Origin: an uncultured Gammaproteobacteria bacterium
GTDB taxonomy: Bacteria; Patescibacteriota; Patescibacteriia; UBA1558; GWA2-36-10
Direction: 5' to 3'
Assembly (NCBI GenBank): GCA_964633905.1
Contig: CAZWIT010000001.1
Location: 65,535 to 129,534 of the forward strand
Length of the DNA: 64,000 bases
The position numbers and the translations under genes are program-made. The notes below the pieces were generated by a model. The model had not been told where the DNA came from. It saw only the letters and a list, made by a program, of their open reading frames with translations, and ran no database searches. Of this stretch, positions 27,461 to 37,408 are shown in pieces (the stretch's first letter is position 1; every line of letters starts with the position of its first letter).

Positions 27461-28151
27461 AAAATTATTATTTTTTTTAAGCCTAGTTTTTTTGTTAGCG
27501 ATTACTGTGGCTTTGTTAGTATATTATTTAAATAAATCAACGAATTCACATTTAACAAATCAAGTAAATAATATTTCTTGGTTAACATATAAAAATGAAT
27601 CTTTAGGTTTTCAGATTAATTATCCACAACAGATGGAGTTGTGGAATGGTAATTGTATCTTAGAAGATGGTCAGGCAAAAATTACCAATGGCTTAGTACC
27701 TACCAAAATGTTCGTTGATACTGCGGCGGTTTGGATTTCCTATGAATATTTTTATGAAAATGTTAATGGAGCTTGCAAAAGAATTGATAACTCAATAGCT
27801 CTCCTAAAGGAACAAAGTGCTTGGAAAATTGTTATAGCTGATAATATTAATAATGATAAAGATCTAGATATTTTTATTAAAAAATTCTATAAAAATTTTG
27901 GTAATTGTCAATTAGAAGAAAAGCGTCCTGCTATACAAAATGGCGTTTATGATGTTTTTACAGCTTATGATGGTAAGGACTTAGGAGAGTCAGAATGTTT
28001 TATTAATACTTGGTCAGTTATTAAATATTATCCAGCTAATAAAAAAGTGATTGCTTGGACAATTGGGCAAGAGCCATACTTTTGGTCTGACAATAGGGGA
28101 GCGATTACATTTGATCAAGCTATGGCTGATAGTTTTATGTTTTTACAATAA
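27453..28151 (+). CDS. Candidate immunity protein for the CHAP toxin (N-terminal TM/signal anchor)
   Basis: ATG 27453 overlaps the upstream stop (ATGAATAA). MNKKLLFFLSLVFLLAITVALLVYY… The track ORF 27252 is a 5' extension inside the upstream gene. Confidence 0.45.
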   Translation: MNKKLLFFLSLVFLLAITVALLVYYLNKSTNSHLTNQVNNISWLTYKNESLGFQINYPQQMELWNGNCILEDGQAKITNGLVPTKMFVDTAAVWISYEYFYENVNGACKRIDNSIALLKEQSAWKIVIADNINNDKDLDIFIKKFYKNFGNCQLEEKRPAIQNGVYDVFTAYDGKDLGESECFINTWSVIKYYPANKKVIAWTIGQEPYFWSDNRGAITFDQAMADSFMFLQ

Positions 28152-28314
28152 TATTCCAAATTTAAAAATCAGAAAAACTAAAAGCCTCTAGTATTAATTA
28201 GGGGCTTTTAATATTTGACAAGTTTTTTGCTTAAGCGTATATTTAATGTAGCTAGTATAGACGGCTTAAATTCTTGCGACGGCTATACAAATTGTCCGCT
28301 AAATTTAAATATTT

Positions 28315-28512
28315 ATGTTAAGAATAGCAAAAAGTAATTTATTATCAAAAATATATTGGCCTTTTGTCTTTATTTTGATAATTTTAATTTCTTTATTATT
28401 TTTAATATTTGGCTGGATTTTTTATTTAGCTGATTGTTTATTTTTTCAAAAATCTTTAGAGCGTAAAATCAAGAAAAGCGTTTTGGAGGATAAAATTATT
28501 TTAAACAATTAA
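28315..28512 (+). CDS. Small hydrophobic protein (65 aa)
   Basis: Single long TM segment. Its 3' end is part of the 64-bp direct repeat DR1. Confidence 0.35.
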   Translation: MLRIAKSNLLSKIYWPFVFILIILISLLFLIFGWIFYLADCLFFQKSLERKIKKSVLEDKIILNN

Positions 28513-28537
28513 TCAAAATTATATGTCGAGGTTAAAA
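28474..28537 (+). repeat. Direct repeat DR1 (64 bp)
   Basis: aaaagcgttttggaggataaaattattttaaacaattaatcaaaattatatgtcgaggttaaaa, 62/64 identical to 31140..31203. Confidence 0.9.
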
Positions 28538-28551
28538 TTATTTAATACCTT

Positions 28552-31068
28552 ATGTCTTTAAATAAAGAATCATCATTTAGTTTTGATAACGTTTTTAATG
28601 AAAAAACGGAGTTTGTGCAATATACTCTGGATACTTATAACCGTATTTATAATTTACCTACAATCAAATACGAGGGGGATGTTTCGGATGAATTATTTGC
28701 TTATGTGCAAAAAAGGAATTTTTTTGTACTTTTAGTTATCTATGATGGGAGTGGTCGTATATTTCTGGAAAGAAATTTACAAGAACAACTTTACTGGTCT
28801 TTGCCTGGTGGTAGCATTTTAAAAAATGAAGATATTCATACGGCGGTTAGAAGAATTTCTGAGAGAATACAAACAGATGGTAATAAAATGATTTTAGGTG
28901 AGATTGAACCAATTGCTTTTATCAAGAATAAATTTAATTGTCAGGATAATAGTTTTGTGCATCATGGTATAGCCTTTACTGCTAGGATTAGAAATTTTAA
29001 AGAGATTAATTGTGACGAATCTTTGGGGGCATTTATTCATCCAACTGATCAAGAGATTGATAAAATTAATAGGTATGCTAATCAGCAGGTGGTAAAATTA
29101 GTCTTGAGCAGATTAAAGTTTTTTGATACGCCTTTTCCAGAAATAGAGGTTGCTACTAATGAAAATTGTGCTTGGCGATATTTTATTCATAATAAGTTCG
29201 TTAAAAAATTTATTTTAACTTCAAGAATCAAGAAAAGATCAGAATTTTTAGATAAAATAAAAAATCTAATCGGTGAAGCTGGTAGTTTCATAGATGTCTC
29301 TTGTGGTGATAGTGATATTATTAATAGTGTTAATAATGAAAAGTTTAATTATTTGGTGGCTAATGATATTAGTTGGAGTCAAATAAAGTCTATTCAGAGT
29401 AACGATAAGAAAATTATTTTTACTAATCATAATGCGACTTATTTACCATTTAAGGAAAATTCTTTTGCTGTAGCATATTGCGCTAATACCTTGCACCACA
29501 TGTCTTCTAAAAAAGAGTTGTTAAAATTATTGGATAGTATTTTTAGAGTTGCTGAAAAATTGATTATTGTAGAGATAGAAAAACCAAATAATTCAGGCCT
29601 TATTCCATATTTTTTACATAAATATTGGTATGCCGGTTTTTTAAAAGATGTTGGTGGCGCTTATCTATCACGTCAAGATTTTTATAGTATCATTTCTTCA
29701 CATTTTGAAAAAAATGCTAGTATAAAATTTGATAATTTTTCCAATATTCAAGGAAATTATTTGATAGCCGAAATATCAAAAAAGAAAAAATCAGACTTAT
29801 CAACTCGAAAAATTATTGAGGTAGAGGCTAAATATATTTGTAAGGATATTTTAGCATTAATTAAAGAGTGCCAAAAAAAAGGTTTTATTTTACAAAAAGA
29901 CTTGTTGGAAAAAGATGAATATTTTACTGATATTAATGGGCAATTTGTTAAAGATAGAACTTGTTTAAGATTGCGTAGTAATAATGATAAACTGGAGTTG
30001 ACTTTTAAGGGCAAGTCCCAAGTGCCATCTAATTTTTATTTGAAAGAAGAGCATAATATTATTTTAGACATTAGACAATATAATGATTATCAAGAGATGA
30101 TTAATTCTTTAGGTTATCATAATTATGTTGAGGTCAAGAAAAAGCGTCGGGTATACCTTAAACAAGAAGTAGACTTTGCTATAGCTGTAGTTTTAGATGA
30201 GTTGCAAAATATTGGTTCATTTGTAGAATTTGAGATTAGTTATATTCGCGGCCAAAATTCACATTCAGAGGATGATTTTGTCAATATTTTTGATAAAATA
30301 GTAGATGAATTTAAGGTTTGTGGTTTAACGCCAGCGGACGAACCTTATCGGGATTATGTCGCGAAATTTTATGCTAATAATATTTTAAATAAAGATAAAT
30401 TAAGCACTATTTTATTTGATTTTGATGGCACAATCGCTCCATCTGAACAGATTTTTTTTGATGCTTACAAAAAAACAGCGACAGAGTTTTTTGGGCAACA
30501 AATCTCAATAGATGATTATCGTAAATTTGAGTTGGATCAAGAAGGCTGGTTATTTGATCATCTTTCAGCTGGTTCCATAAATGGCAATAGGATTTTTGGC
30601 AAAGAAACATTTATGGAGGCAGTTTATCTTGAATACGAAAATTTATTAGTTAAAATATTTAATAATAATAGTTTATTTTTAAATTTACATGGCATAGAGA
30701 TGCTAAAAAAGAAAGGCTATAAATTAGGGTTGGTTTCTTCCTCTAAAAGAAAATATATTGATTTAATATTAAATAATCTAAATCAAAATGGATTATTTGA
30801 TGTTATTATAGCCAGAGAAGATGTTGATAATTTGAAGCCTACACCTGATCCTTATTTGTTAGCTATGGATAAATTAGCAGTTAAAGCAGATGAGTGTCTG
30901 GCTGTAGAAGATTCTAACAAAGGTATTATGGCAGCAACCCAAGCTAAAATTAATTGTGTATCAGTTCGTAAAGATTCTATTTATGAAGAATATAATAATA
31001 GTAAATACGGTGATAGATCATTTGCTAGCGTTTTGCAAATTTGTTTGATTTTGTTATATGCAGATTAA
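28552..31068 (+). CDS. Multidomain protein: Nudix-like + class I SAM-methyltransferase-like + CYTH (triphosphate tunnel) + HAD hydrolase
   Basis: Nudix-like LPGGSILKNEDIHTAVRRISERI. CYTH start IEVEAKYICK. C-terminal HAD motifs ILFDFDGTIA … LGLVSSS … VEDSNKG. Confidence 0.7.
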   Translation: MSLNKESSFSFDNVFNEKTEFVQYTLDTYNRIYNLPTIKYEGDVSDELFAYVQKRNFFVLLVIYDGSGRIFLERNLQEQLYWSLPGGSILKNEDIHTAVRRISERIQTDGNKMILGEIEPIAFIKNKFNCQDNSFVHHGIAFTARIRNFKEINCDESLGAFIHPTDQEIDKINRYANQQVVKLVLSRLKFFDTPFPEIEVATNENCAWRYFIHNKFVKKFILTSRIKKRSEFLDKIKNLIGEAGSFIDVSCGDSDIINSVNNEKFNYLVANDISWSQIKSIQSNDKKIIFTNHNATYLPFKENSFAVAYCANTLHHMSSKKELLKLLDSIFRVAEKLIIVEIEKPNNSGLIPYFLHKYWYAGFLKDVGGAYLSRQDFYSIISSHFEKNASIKFDNFSNIQGNYLIAEISKKKKSDLSTRKIIEVEAKYICKDILALIKECQKKGFILQKDLLEKDEYFTDINGQFVKDRTCLRLRSNNDKLELTFKGKSQVPSNFYLKEEHNIILDIRQYNDYQEMINSLGYHNYVEVKKKRRVYLKQEVDFAIAVVLDELQNIGSFVEFEISYIRGQNSHSEDDFVNIFDKIVDEFKVCGLTPADEPYRDYVAKFYANNILNKDKLSTILFDFDGTIAPSEQIFFDAYKKTATEFFGQQISIDDYRKFELDQEGWLFDHLSAGSINGNRIFGKETFMEAVYLEYENLLVKIFNNNSLFLNLHGIEMLKKKGYKLGLVSSSKRKYIDLILNNLNQNGLFDVIIAREDVDNLKPTPDPYLLAMDKLAVKADECLAVEDSNKGIMAATQAKINCVSVRKDSIYEEYNNSKYGDRSFASVLQICLILLYAD

Positions 31069-31139
31069 TTATTGATAAGTACATAAAAGTAGTCATTTTT
31101 TAAAAAATATATATTTATTAAAGTAACTTTATAAATAAT

Positions 31140-31203
31140 AAAAGCGTTTTGGAGGATAAAATTATTTTAAACAATTAATCAAAATTATATGCTGAGGTTA
31201 AAA
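31140..31203 (+). repeat. Direct repeat DR2 (64 bp), contains the start codon of the giant RHS gene
   Basis: Same 64-mer as DR1 with tc→ct at the ATG(c/t)(t/c)GAGG position. ATG 31189 of the RHS ORF lies inside it. Confidence 0.9.
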
Positions 31204-34200
31204 GCAAAATTTAAAATGAAAATAAAAATTTTTAGTTTGGCTATTTTATTGCTGCTCAATAATTTTGCTTATTTACCAAAAGTAAGCGCGCAGGCAAAAA
31301 TAGTTGAGCCAGTAATGCCAGCGGATTTAAATATAGACGAATCAGTTTTGTCTTTGCCAATACCAGAAGAAGTAAAGCCAATTTTGATTGATCCTGATTT
31401 AAAACCGGATTTATTGCCAATAGAAGAGCCTGGTGATATTTTGGCAATAGAGCCAAAGCCAGGCAATCTAGAAATAGAGACTTTGACCGAAGAAGATCCT
31501 GAACCAAATTTTGATAAAGGCGAAAACAAAATTTCTTTAGAAAAATTAAATTTAAAAACCGAAGGCAATTCTGGGGCTTTGGTTTATGATTTTCCTTTAG
31601 CTATTCCTCAAGGCAGAAATGGTTTGCAGCCCAATCTTGCCTTAAGCTACAATAATCAAGATACAGAAAAATTAAATCAGTTTGGCTATGGGTGGTCTTT
31701 AAATCTTCCCAGTATCAAAAGAATTAATAAAAAAGGTTCGGATAATCTCTATGCTGAATCTTTTTTTAGTTCTTCCTTATCGGGTGAATTAAAATTAGTA
31801 AATTCCCTTGATGGTCTGCATGGTGAATATCAAGCTGAAGTAGAATCTGGTGATTTTATTAAATATGAATTAACTGAAAGTAATTATTGGCAAGCAACTG
31901 ATAAAACAGGTAATATCTATACTTTTGGTGTTGCTACCAGTTCTCGTCAAGATAATCCTAGTGATCAAGCTCAGATTTACCAGTGGTTTTTAAGTGAAAC
32001 TCGGGACACTAATGATAATTATATAAAATATGAATATTTTAAGGATGCTGGTCAGATTTATCCTGATACCATAACTTATACTGGTAATGATACAACAGAT
32101 GGTATTTTTACTATTGAGTTTTTAAGAGAAACAAGAGCTGATAATTTAGACTCTAATAACACTGGTTTTAATGTTATTAATAATTATCGTATTTCGGAAA
32201 TAGATATTAGTATTAATGATAATTGGGTTAAAAAATATGAACTGGATTATATTACTAGTAATAACGGTCAAAGCTCATATTTAGATACTATTTTAGAAAG
32301 TGCTAAAGATGAAAGTAATAATATAGTTAGTTTACCAATAAATGACTTTGATTATCAGGAAACTGTTAAAAGTTTTACCTTAGAAGAAAATTATGAGTTT
32401 CCTTTAATTTTTCATTATGATTACGGTAACACTGAGAAAGACCAGGGTGTAAGATTGGCTGATGTTAACGGCGATGGATATATAGACGCAGTCCATGCTT
32501 ATTATCGTGAATATTATCAGGAAGAGCAGCACTACGTTCTTGATTATAAAGATGTATATATAAATGACGGCAATGGTCATTGGAATTTAGATGAAACTTA
32601 CAATTTCCCAGAGTATTTTTTATTTTATGATGGTGATCAGGGTGTTAGATTAGATGATGTTAATGGCGATGGCCTGGCTGATGTGGTCAGGGCTTATTAT
32701 CGTGAGTATGACCAAGAGGGACAACATTATATTAATGACTATAAATATGTTTACATTAATAATGGTCATGGTTGGGATTTAGATGAAAACTATGAACTAC
32801 CAACTTATTTTATTTCATATTACAAAGAAAGAGGCGTGAGATTAACGGATGTAAATGGGGATGGCTTAGTAGATTTTGCTAAATCTTACTATGTTTGGAA
32901 CGGTAGTACAGAGTATATATATAAAGAGGTCTATATAAATGACGGCAATGGTAATTGGAATTTAGATGAAAGTTATGATATTCCTGTATATTTTAATTAT
33001 ATGAGCTGGGGTACAGACAGCAATCAAGGTGTGGAATTAGCTGATGTAAACGGAGATAATTTAGTCGATATTTTAAGATCATCCCATATTGTAAATAGTA
33101 ATGAATATATTATTAAAGAGGTCTATATAAATGACGGCAATGGTAATTGGAATTTAGATGAAAGTTATGATATACCAGTGTATTTCTACTATATTAGTTG
33201 GAGTACTGTAGTTGATGAGGGTGTAAAGTTAATGGATATCAATAAAGATAATTTAGTTGATTTTGTAAAATCTTATGGAGTATCTAGTAACGAATATCAA
33301 GAAGTATATATTAACAATGGTCATGGTTGGGATTTAGATGAAAGTTATACTTTACCAATAGATTTTTCTAGAAGTGGAGATAGAGGTGTACGAATAGGAG
33401 ATGCTGATGGAGATGATATAGGGGGTTTGATTCAGGGTTTGCGTTGGTGGAATTCACAAGGGTCTCATGATGAACAAAAGGTTTATCTTAACAACGCCAA
33501 AATCGAATCTCTCTCTACTATTAAAAACAGTCAAGGCTCAGAAATAAATATTAGTTATCAGCCATCTACACAATATAAAGATCAAAGTGGCAATCTACTT
33601 AATCCTAACCTGCCTTTTGTAGTGCAAACAGTTAAACAAATCACTATTAATGATGGTTTAGATAATGAATCAACTATCGATTATCAATATAGTGATGGTC
33701 AGTATTATTATAATAATCCCGAGCAAAGAAAAGTAGCTGGCTTTGGTCAAGTAGAAAAAATTATTGATGATACTAAAACCATTACTTATTATCACCAAGG
33801 CAATGAATCAAATTCTAGCCAAGGCGAATATCAAGATAGCTATTATAAAATCGGCAAACCATATCGTAGTGAAACTTATGATAATAATAGTAATAATTTG
33901 CTTTCTCAAGAATTATATAAATGGGAAGAAACTGATTTAGGTCATAATAATAAATTTGTTTATAACACTTTAAAATCTAGCACTGACTTTACTGGAGCTA
34001 CTAAGTCAACAGCTATCCAATATAATTATGATTTAACTTCAGGAAATTTGTTAACGGAAAATAATCTGGGTGAAGTAGTTGTTAATACTGATACTGGTGA
34101 AATCACTAGTCAACTAACTGGTGATGAAAAAGATACAGCTTATGCTTATGCTGAAAATATAGAGGATCATATTTTAGCAGCACCAATGACTAAAGTAATT

Positions 34201-37200
34201 AGTGATAACTCGGATAGTAAAGAGCAAAATCTTTATTATGATAACTCTTTGGTTTTAGGACAAGTAGAAAAAGTAAATTTAACCAAAGAGGATTATCTTG
34301 AGCAAGATGTTGAAGTTAATAGAAATTTTAACAATCTTGGCTTAGTAACTGAAGAAATATCGCCTGAAAATGCTACTACCACTATTGCTTACGATAGTAA
34401 TAATTTATATCCAGCTTCTTCTACTAATGCTTTAAACCAAGTTAGTTATACAGAGTATAATTTACTCAATGGTCAAGTAGCAACTACAACTGCTTCTAAT
34501 GGACTGACAACAGTTAATAAATATGATGCTTTTGGTAGGTTAAAAGAAGTATGGATTTCTAATCCTGATAGTCCTTCAAATTTAATTAAAAAACAAGAAA
34601 TCAGCTATCAGGATATTACTTTACCAAGATATAAAGAAAGCAAAGATTATTTTGATAATAATCTCTACACTACTACGCGCGAGTATTACGACGGTTTAGA
34701 CAGAGTTATTCAGAAAAAAAGCAGCTTAGCTAGCACAAATGAGTTTACTACCCTTGATATTAGTTATGATTCACAAGGCAGGGTAGCTAGACAATCTTTG
34801 CCGTATATTACTAGTAGTATTGTCTACAGTAGTGCTGATTTATCAAAGCCTGCCAAAACTTATACCTATGACGCTTTAGGCAGAGTTTTGACAGAAGTAA
34901 CACCAGTGGGGGCTACTAACTATGATTATAATGGTTTTACTACTCAAATTACTGATGCTAATAATAATCGTAAGGATTTGACTAAAGATGCCTACGGTAA
35001 TTTAGTGCAAGTCAAAGAATACAATGGCGCCAGTGTCTATACTACAAATTACGAATATACTTTGACTAATAAGCTGAAAAAGATTACTGACTCGTCTGGT
35101 AATATTAGAAACTTTAGCTATGACGCTCTAGATAATCTAGCTTGGCAAGATATGGTGCACAAAACATCGGTTAGCAATCCGGCTAAGATTCAATACACCT
35201 ATGATAAAAATGGCAACGTCTTAACGGAAACATCTTTTAAGAATGATGCTATATCTTACACTTACGATGATATTAATCGACCCTTATTAGAAAAATTAAG
35301 TGGCAATACTAAAATTAGTTATACTTATGATCAACATGGCGATATTGGCCAGCTAAGTTTTGCCGATTATGGCAATGGCAATTCTAAGGCCTATGATTAT
35401 GATATTTTGGGTAGAGTCAAAACAGCTACTACCACCATTGCCAATGAAGTATTTGTCATGGAGTTTGACTATAATTTAGCTGGCGCTTTAAAGATAATAA
35501 AGTATCCAGACAATAAGACAGTTAGCTACAACTTTAATGCTATTGGTCAAGTAAGCGGTGTGAATTTAGCTACTTCTACTTTGGCTACAAATATCACTTA
35601 TAATCAAAACGGCCAGATGACGCATGTAGAAAGGGCTAGTGGCGTGACTACTGATTATACTTATGATCCAGCGCAAGCTTTTCGCTTAACTAGAATTTTA
35701 TCTACCCAAGCTACTTCCACTTTGCAAGATCTTAATTATACTTATGATAACGTAGGTAATATTTTGACTTTAGTTGATAATGCTAATATGGATCTTAAAA
35801 AATCAGCTACTTATGCCTATGATGATTTAAATAGGCTACTCACAGCCACGGTCAGTTATCCTAATCATCCTGATAAAAATTATACGCAAAGCTTCACTTA
35901 CGACAGTATTGGTAATATGACCAGTAATTCTGACTTAGGCACTTTAAACTATAACAATGGTCAGCCACATCAATTATCTAGCTATGGTTCTAGAAACTTC
36001 CAATATGATGCAGCTGGTAATATGACTAGAAACGGCGGTATTAATAAATTCTCTTGGGACTATCGTAATCGTTTAAGTCTGTCTAACGACATTGTCTCAA
36101 ATAATAATACTTATTACCAATATGATCATAATAACCAAAGATTCTTAAAATATACTGAAGACTATGTCTTTATCCCTCCAGATATTGAAGAAACACCAAC
36201 GGTACAAGGCAGTATGATGCAGGCAGAAGGTTTGGATGGTGGTGAAGAACAGCTAGATGGAGTCGGTCATTGGGAATGGCAGAGGATAAAAGAGGATAAG
36301 TATATTGAAAATTATTTTGAAAAAAATGAGACTGATCAGACTAAAGCACATATTTATTTAAACTCTATCAAGATAGCAACTATTAATAATAATGATAATC
36401 CATATTATATTTTAGGAGATCATCTGAATTCTAGTTCAATATTAACAGATGGCTCTGGTGCTACGGCTCAATTGTCAGATTACAAGCCATTTGGTAGTAT
36501 TAACTATGATAACAAGCTCGTTGATTTGAAAAATGATTATAGTTTTACTGGACAGGAGTATGACGAAGAGTCTAGTTTGCAGTATTATGGGGCTCGGTAT
36601 ATGGATAATGAGATAGGGAGGTTTACTAGTGTAGATCCAGTAATAATTCAAGTAGAGTCTTTATCTAAAATATTAGCAGATCCTCAATCCCTAAATAGCT
36701 ATGTTTATAGCAGAAATAACCCAATAATATTAGTAGATAAAGATGGTAATTTTTGGCAAATATTTACAGCCGGAGTTGGGGCAGTAGGTGGTGCTATTTG
36801 GGGCGCCAAAGATAGCTATAACATGGTTAAGAATACTTTTCAGGGTAATTTTGACGCCGCTGCATATTATAGTGAAAGATCATTAAATAAATTAGGTACA
36901 GGTTTTATGGTAGGTCTTGGAGTTGGTGAGTTGGCCAAGCCATTTGTACAGACTTATGCGCCTAATACTTATAATGCTATAAATGGCAGTAAGTCTTTGC
37001 CTGTGTTAACTGATAAAGTTGGCGATCCTGGTCAAGGGTATTATCCTGGAAGAAATACGGGATTTAAATTAGATTCACAAGGGAGAATCTTAGACGGTAA
37101 AAATTTAGCTAATGGTAATTATAAAGTAGTAGTAAAAAATAACAATGTTATATTTGGCAAGGAAAAAAGCATTCCGGGCGGTGGTGATGACTTTAGTCAT

Positions 37201-37386
37201 GCAGATTTAGTAAATGGAGGAGATGTTAATTTTGCTGGTACTATGAGATTTAAAAATGGTCAACTACAATCATATAACGAATGGTCTGGGCATTATCAAG
37301 GAAAAGGTAATCAATGGGTGTTAGAGCAACAATTTGAAAAGTCCGGAATAAATTATAGAAATAAATTTGTAGATGTTTCGTATTAA
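31189..37386 (+). CDS. Giant RHS/YD-repeat polymorphic toxin (SpvB/TcB-like N-domain + FG-GAP propeller + YD repeats + RHS core + variable C-terminal toxin domain)
   Basis: Signal peptide. SpvB-like GNSGALVYDFPLAIPQGRNGLQPNLALSYNNQ…GYGWSL. Repeated DVNGDG FG-GAP blades. Many YD repeats. RHS core QYYGARYMDNEIGRFTSVDPV…NSYVYSRNNPIILVDKDGN. ~270-aa C-terminal domain of unknown type. Confidence 0.9.
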   Translation: MLRLKAKFKMKIKIFSLAILLLLNNFAYLPKVSAQAKIVEPVMPADLNIDESVLSLPIPEEVKPILIDPDLKPDLLPIEEPGDILAIEPKPGNLEIETLTEEDPEPNFDKGENKISLEKLNLKTEGNSGALVYDFPLAIPQGRNGLQPNLALSYNNQDTEKLNQFGYGWSLNLPSIKRINKKGSDNLYAESFFSSSLSGELKLVNSLDGLHGEYQAEVESGDFIKYELTESNYWQATDKTGNIYTFGVATSSRQDNPSDQAQIYQWFLSETRDTNDNYIKYEYFKDAGQIYPDTITYTGNDTTDGIFTIEFLRETRADNLDSNNTGFNVINNYRISEIDISINDNWVKKYELDYITSNNGQSSYLDTILESAKDESNNIVSLPINDFDYQETVKSFTLEENYEFPLIFHYDYGNTEKDQGVRLADVNGDGYIDAVHAYYREYYQEEQHYVLDYKDVYINDGNGHWNLDETYNFPEYFLFYDGDQGVRLDDVNGDGLADVVRAYYREYDQEGQHYINDYKYVYINNGHGWDLDENYELPTYFISYYKERGVRLTDVNGDGLVDFAKSYYVWNGSTEYIYKEVYINDGNGNWNLDESYDIPVYFNYMSWGTDSNQGVELADVNGDNLVDILRSSHIVNSNEYIIKEVYINDGNGNWNLDESYDIPVYFYYISWSTVVDEGVKLMDINKDNLVDFVKSYGVSSNEYQEVYINNGHGWDLDESYTLPIDFSRSGDRGVRIGDADGDDIGGLIQGLRWWNSQGSHDEQKVYLNNAKIESLSTIKNSQGSEINISYQPSTQYKDQSGNLLNPNLPFVVQTVKQITINDGLDNESTIDYQYSDGQYYYNNPEQRKVAGFGQVEKIIDDTKTITYYHQGNESNSSQGEYQDSYYKIGKPYRSETYDNNSNNLLSQELYKWEETDLGHNNKFVYNTLKSSTDFTGATKSTAIQYNYDLTSGNLLTENNLGEVVVNTDTGEITSQLTGDEKDTAYAYAENIEDHILAAPMTKVISDNSDSKEQNLYYDNSLVLGQVEKVNLTKEDYLEQDVEVNRNFNNLGLVTEEISPENATTTIAYDSNNLYPASSTNALNQVSYTEYNLLNGQVATTTASNGLTTVNKYDAFGRLKEVWISNPDSPSNLIKKQEISYQDITLPRYKESKDYFDNNLYTTTREYYDGLDRVIQKKSSLASTNEFTTLDISYDSQGRVARQSLPYITSSIVYSSADLSKPAKTYTYDALGRVLTEVTPVGATNYDYNGFTTQITDANNNRKDLTKDAYGNLVQVKEYNGASVYTTNYEYTLTNKLKKITDSSGNIRNFSYDALDNLAWQDMVHKTSVSNPAKIQYTYDKNGNVLTETSFKNDAISYTYDDINRPLLEKLSGNTKISYTYDQHGDIGQLSFADYGNGNSKAYDYDILGRVKTATTTIANEVFVMEFDYNLAGALKIIKYPDNKTVSYNFNAIGQVSGVNLATSTLATNITYNQNGQMTHVERASGVTTDYTYDPAQAFRLTRILSTQATSTLQDLNYTYDNVGNILTLVDNANMDLKKSATYAYDDLNRLLTATVSYPNHPDKNYTQSFTYDSIGNMTSNSDLGTLNYNNGQPHQLSSYGSRNFQYDAAGNMTRNGGINKFSWDYRNRLSLSNDIVSNNNTYYQYDHNNQRFLKYTEDYVFIPPDIEETPTVQGSMMQAEGLDGGEEQLDGVGHWEWQRIKEDKYIENYFEKNETDQTKAHIYLNSIKIATINNNDNPYYILGDHLNSSSILTDGSGATAQLSDYKPFGSINYDNKLVDLKNDYSFTGQEYDEESSLQYYGARYMDNEIGRFTSVDPVIIQVESLSKILADPQSLNSYVYSRNNPIILVDKDGNFWQIFTAGVGAVGGAIWGAKDSYNMVKNTFQGNFDAAAYYSERSLNKLGTGFMVGLGVGELAKPFVQTYAPNTYNAINGSKSLPVLTDKVGDPGQGYYPGRNTGFKLDSQGRILDGKNLANGNYKVVVKNNNVIFGKEKSIPGGGDDFSHADLVNGGDVNFAGTMRFKNGQLQSYNEWSGHYQGKGNQWVLEQQFEKSGINYRNKFVDVSY
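32923..33171 (+). repeat. Intragenic duplication inside the RHS propeller region
   Basis: A 57-nt identical stretch, aaagaggtctatataaatgacggcaatggtaattggaatttagatgaaagttatgata, occurs at 32923-32979 and 33115-33171, 192 nt (one blade) apart. Confidence 0.85.
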
Positions 37387-37408
37387 TTTAGATAAATAAT
37401 ATTAAATT

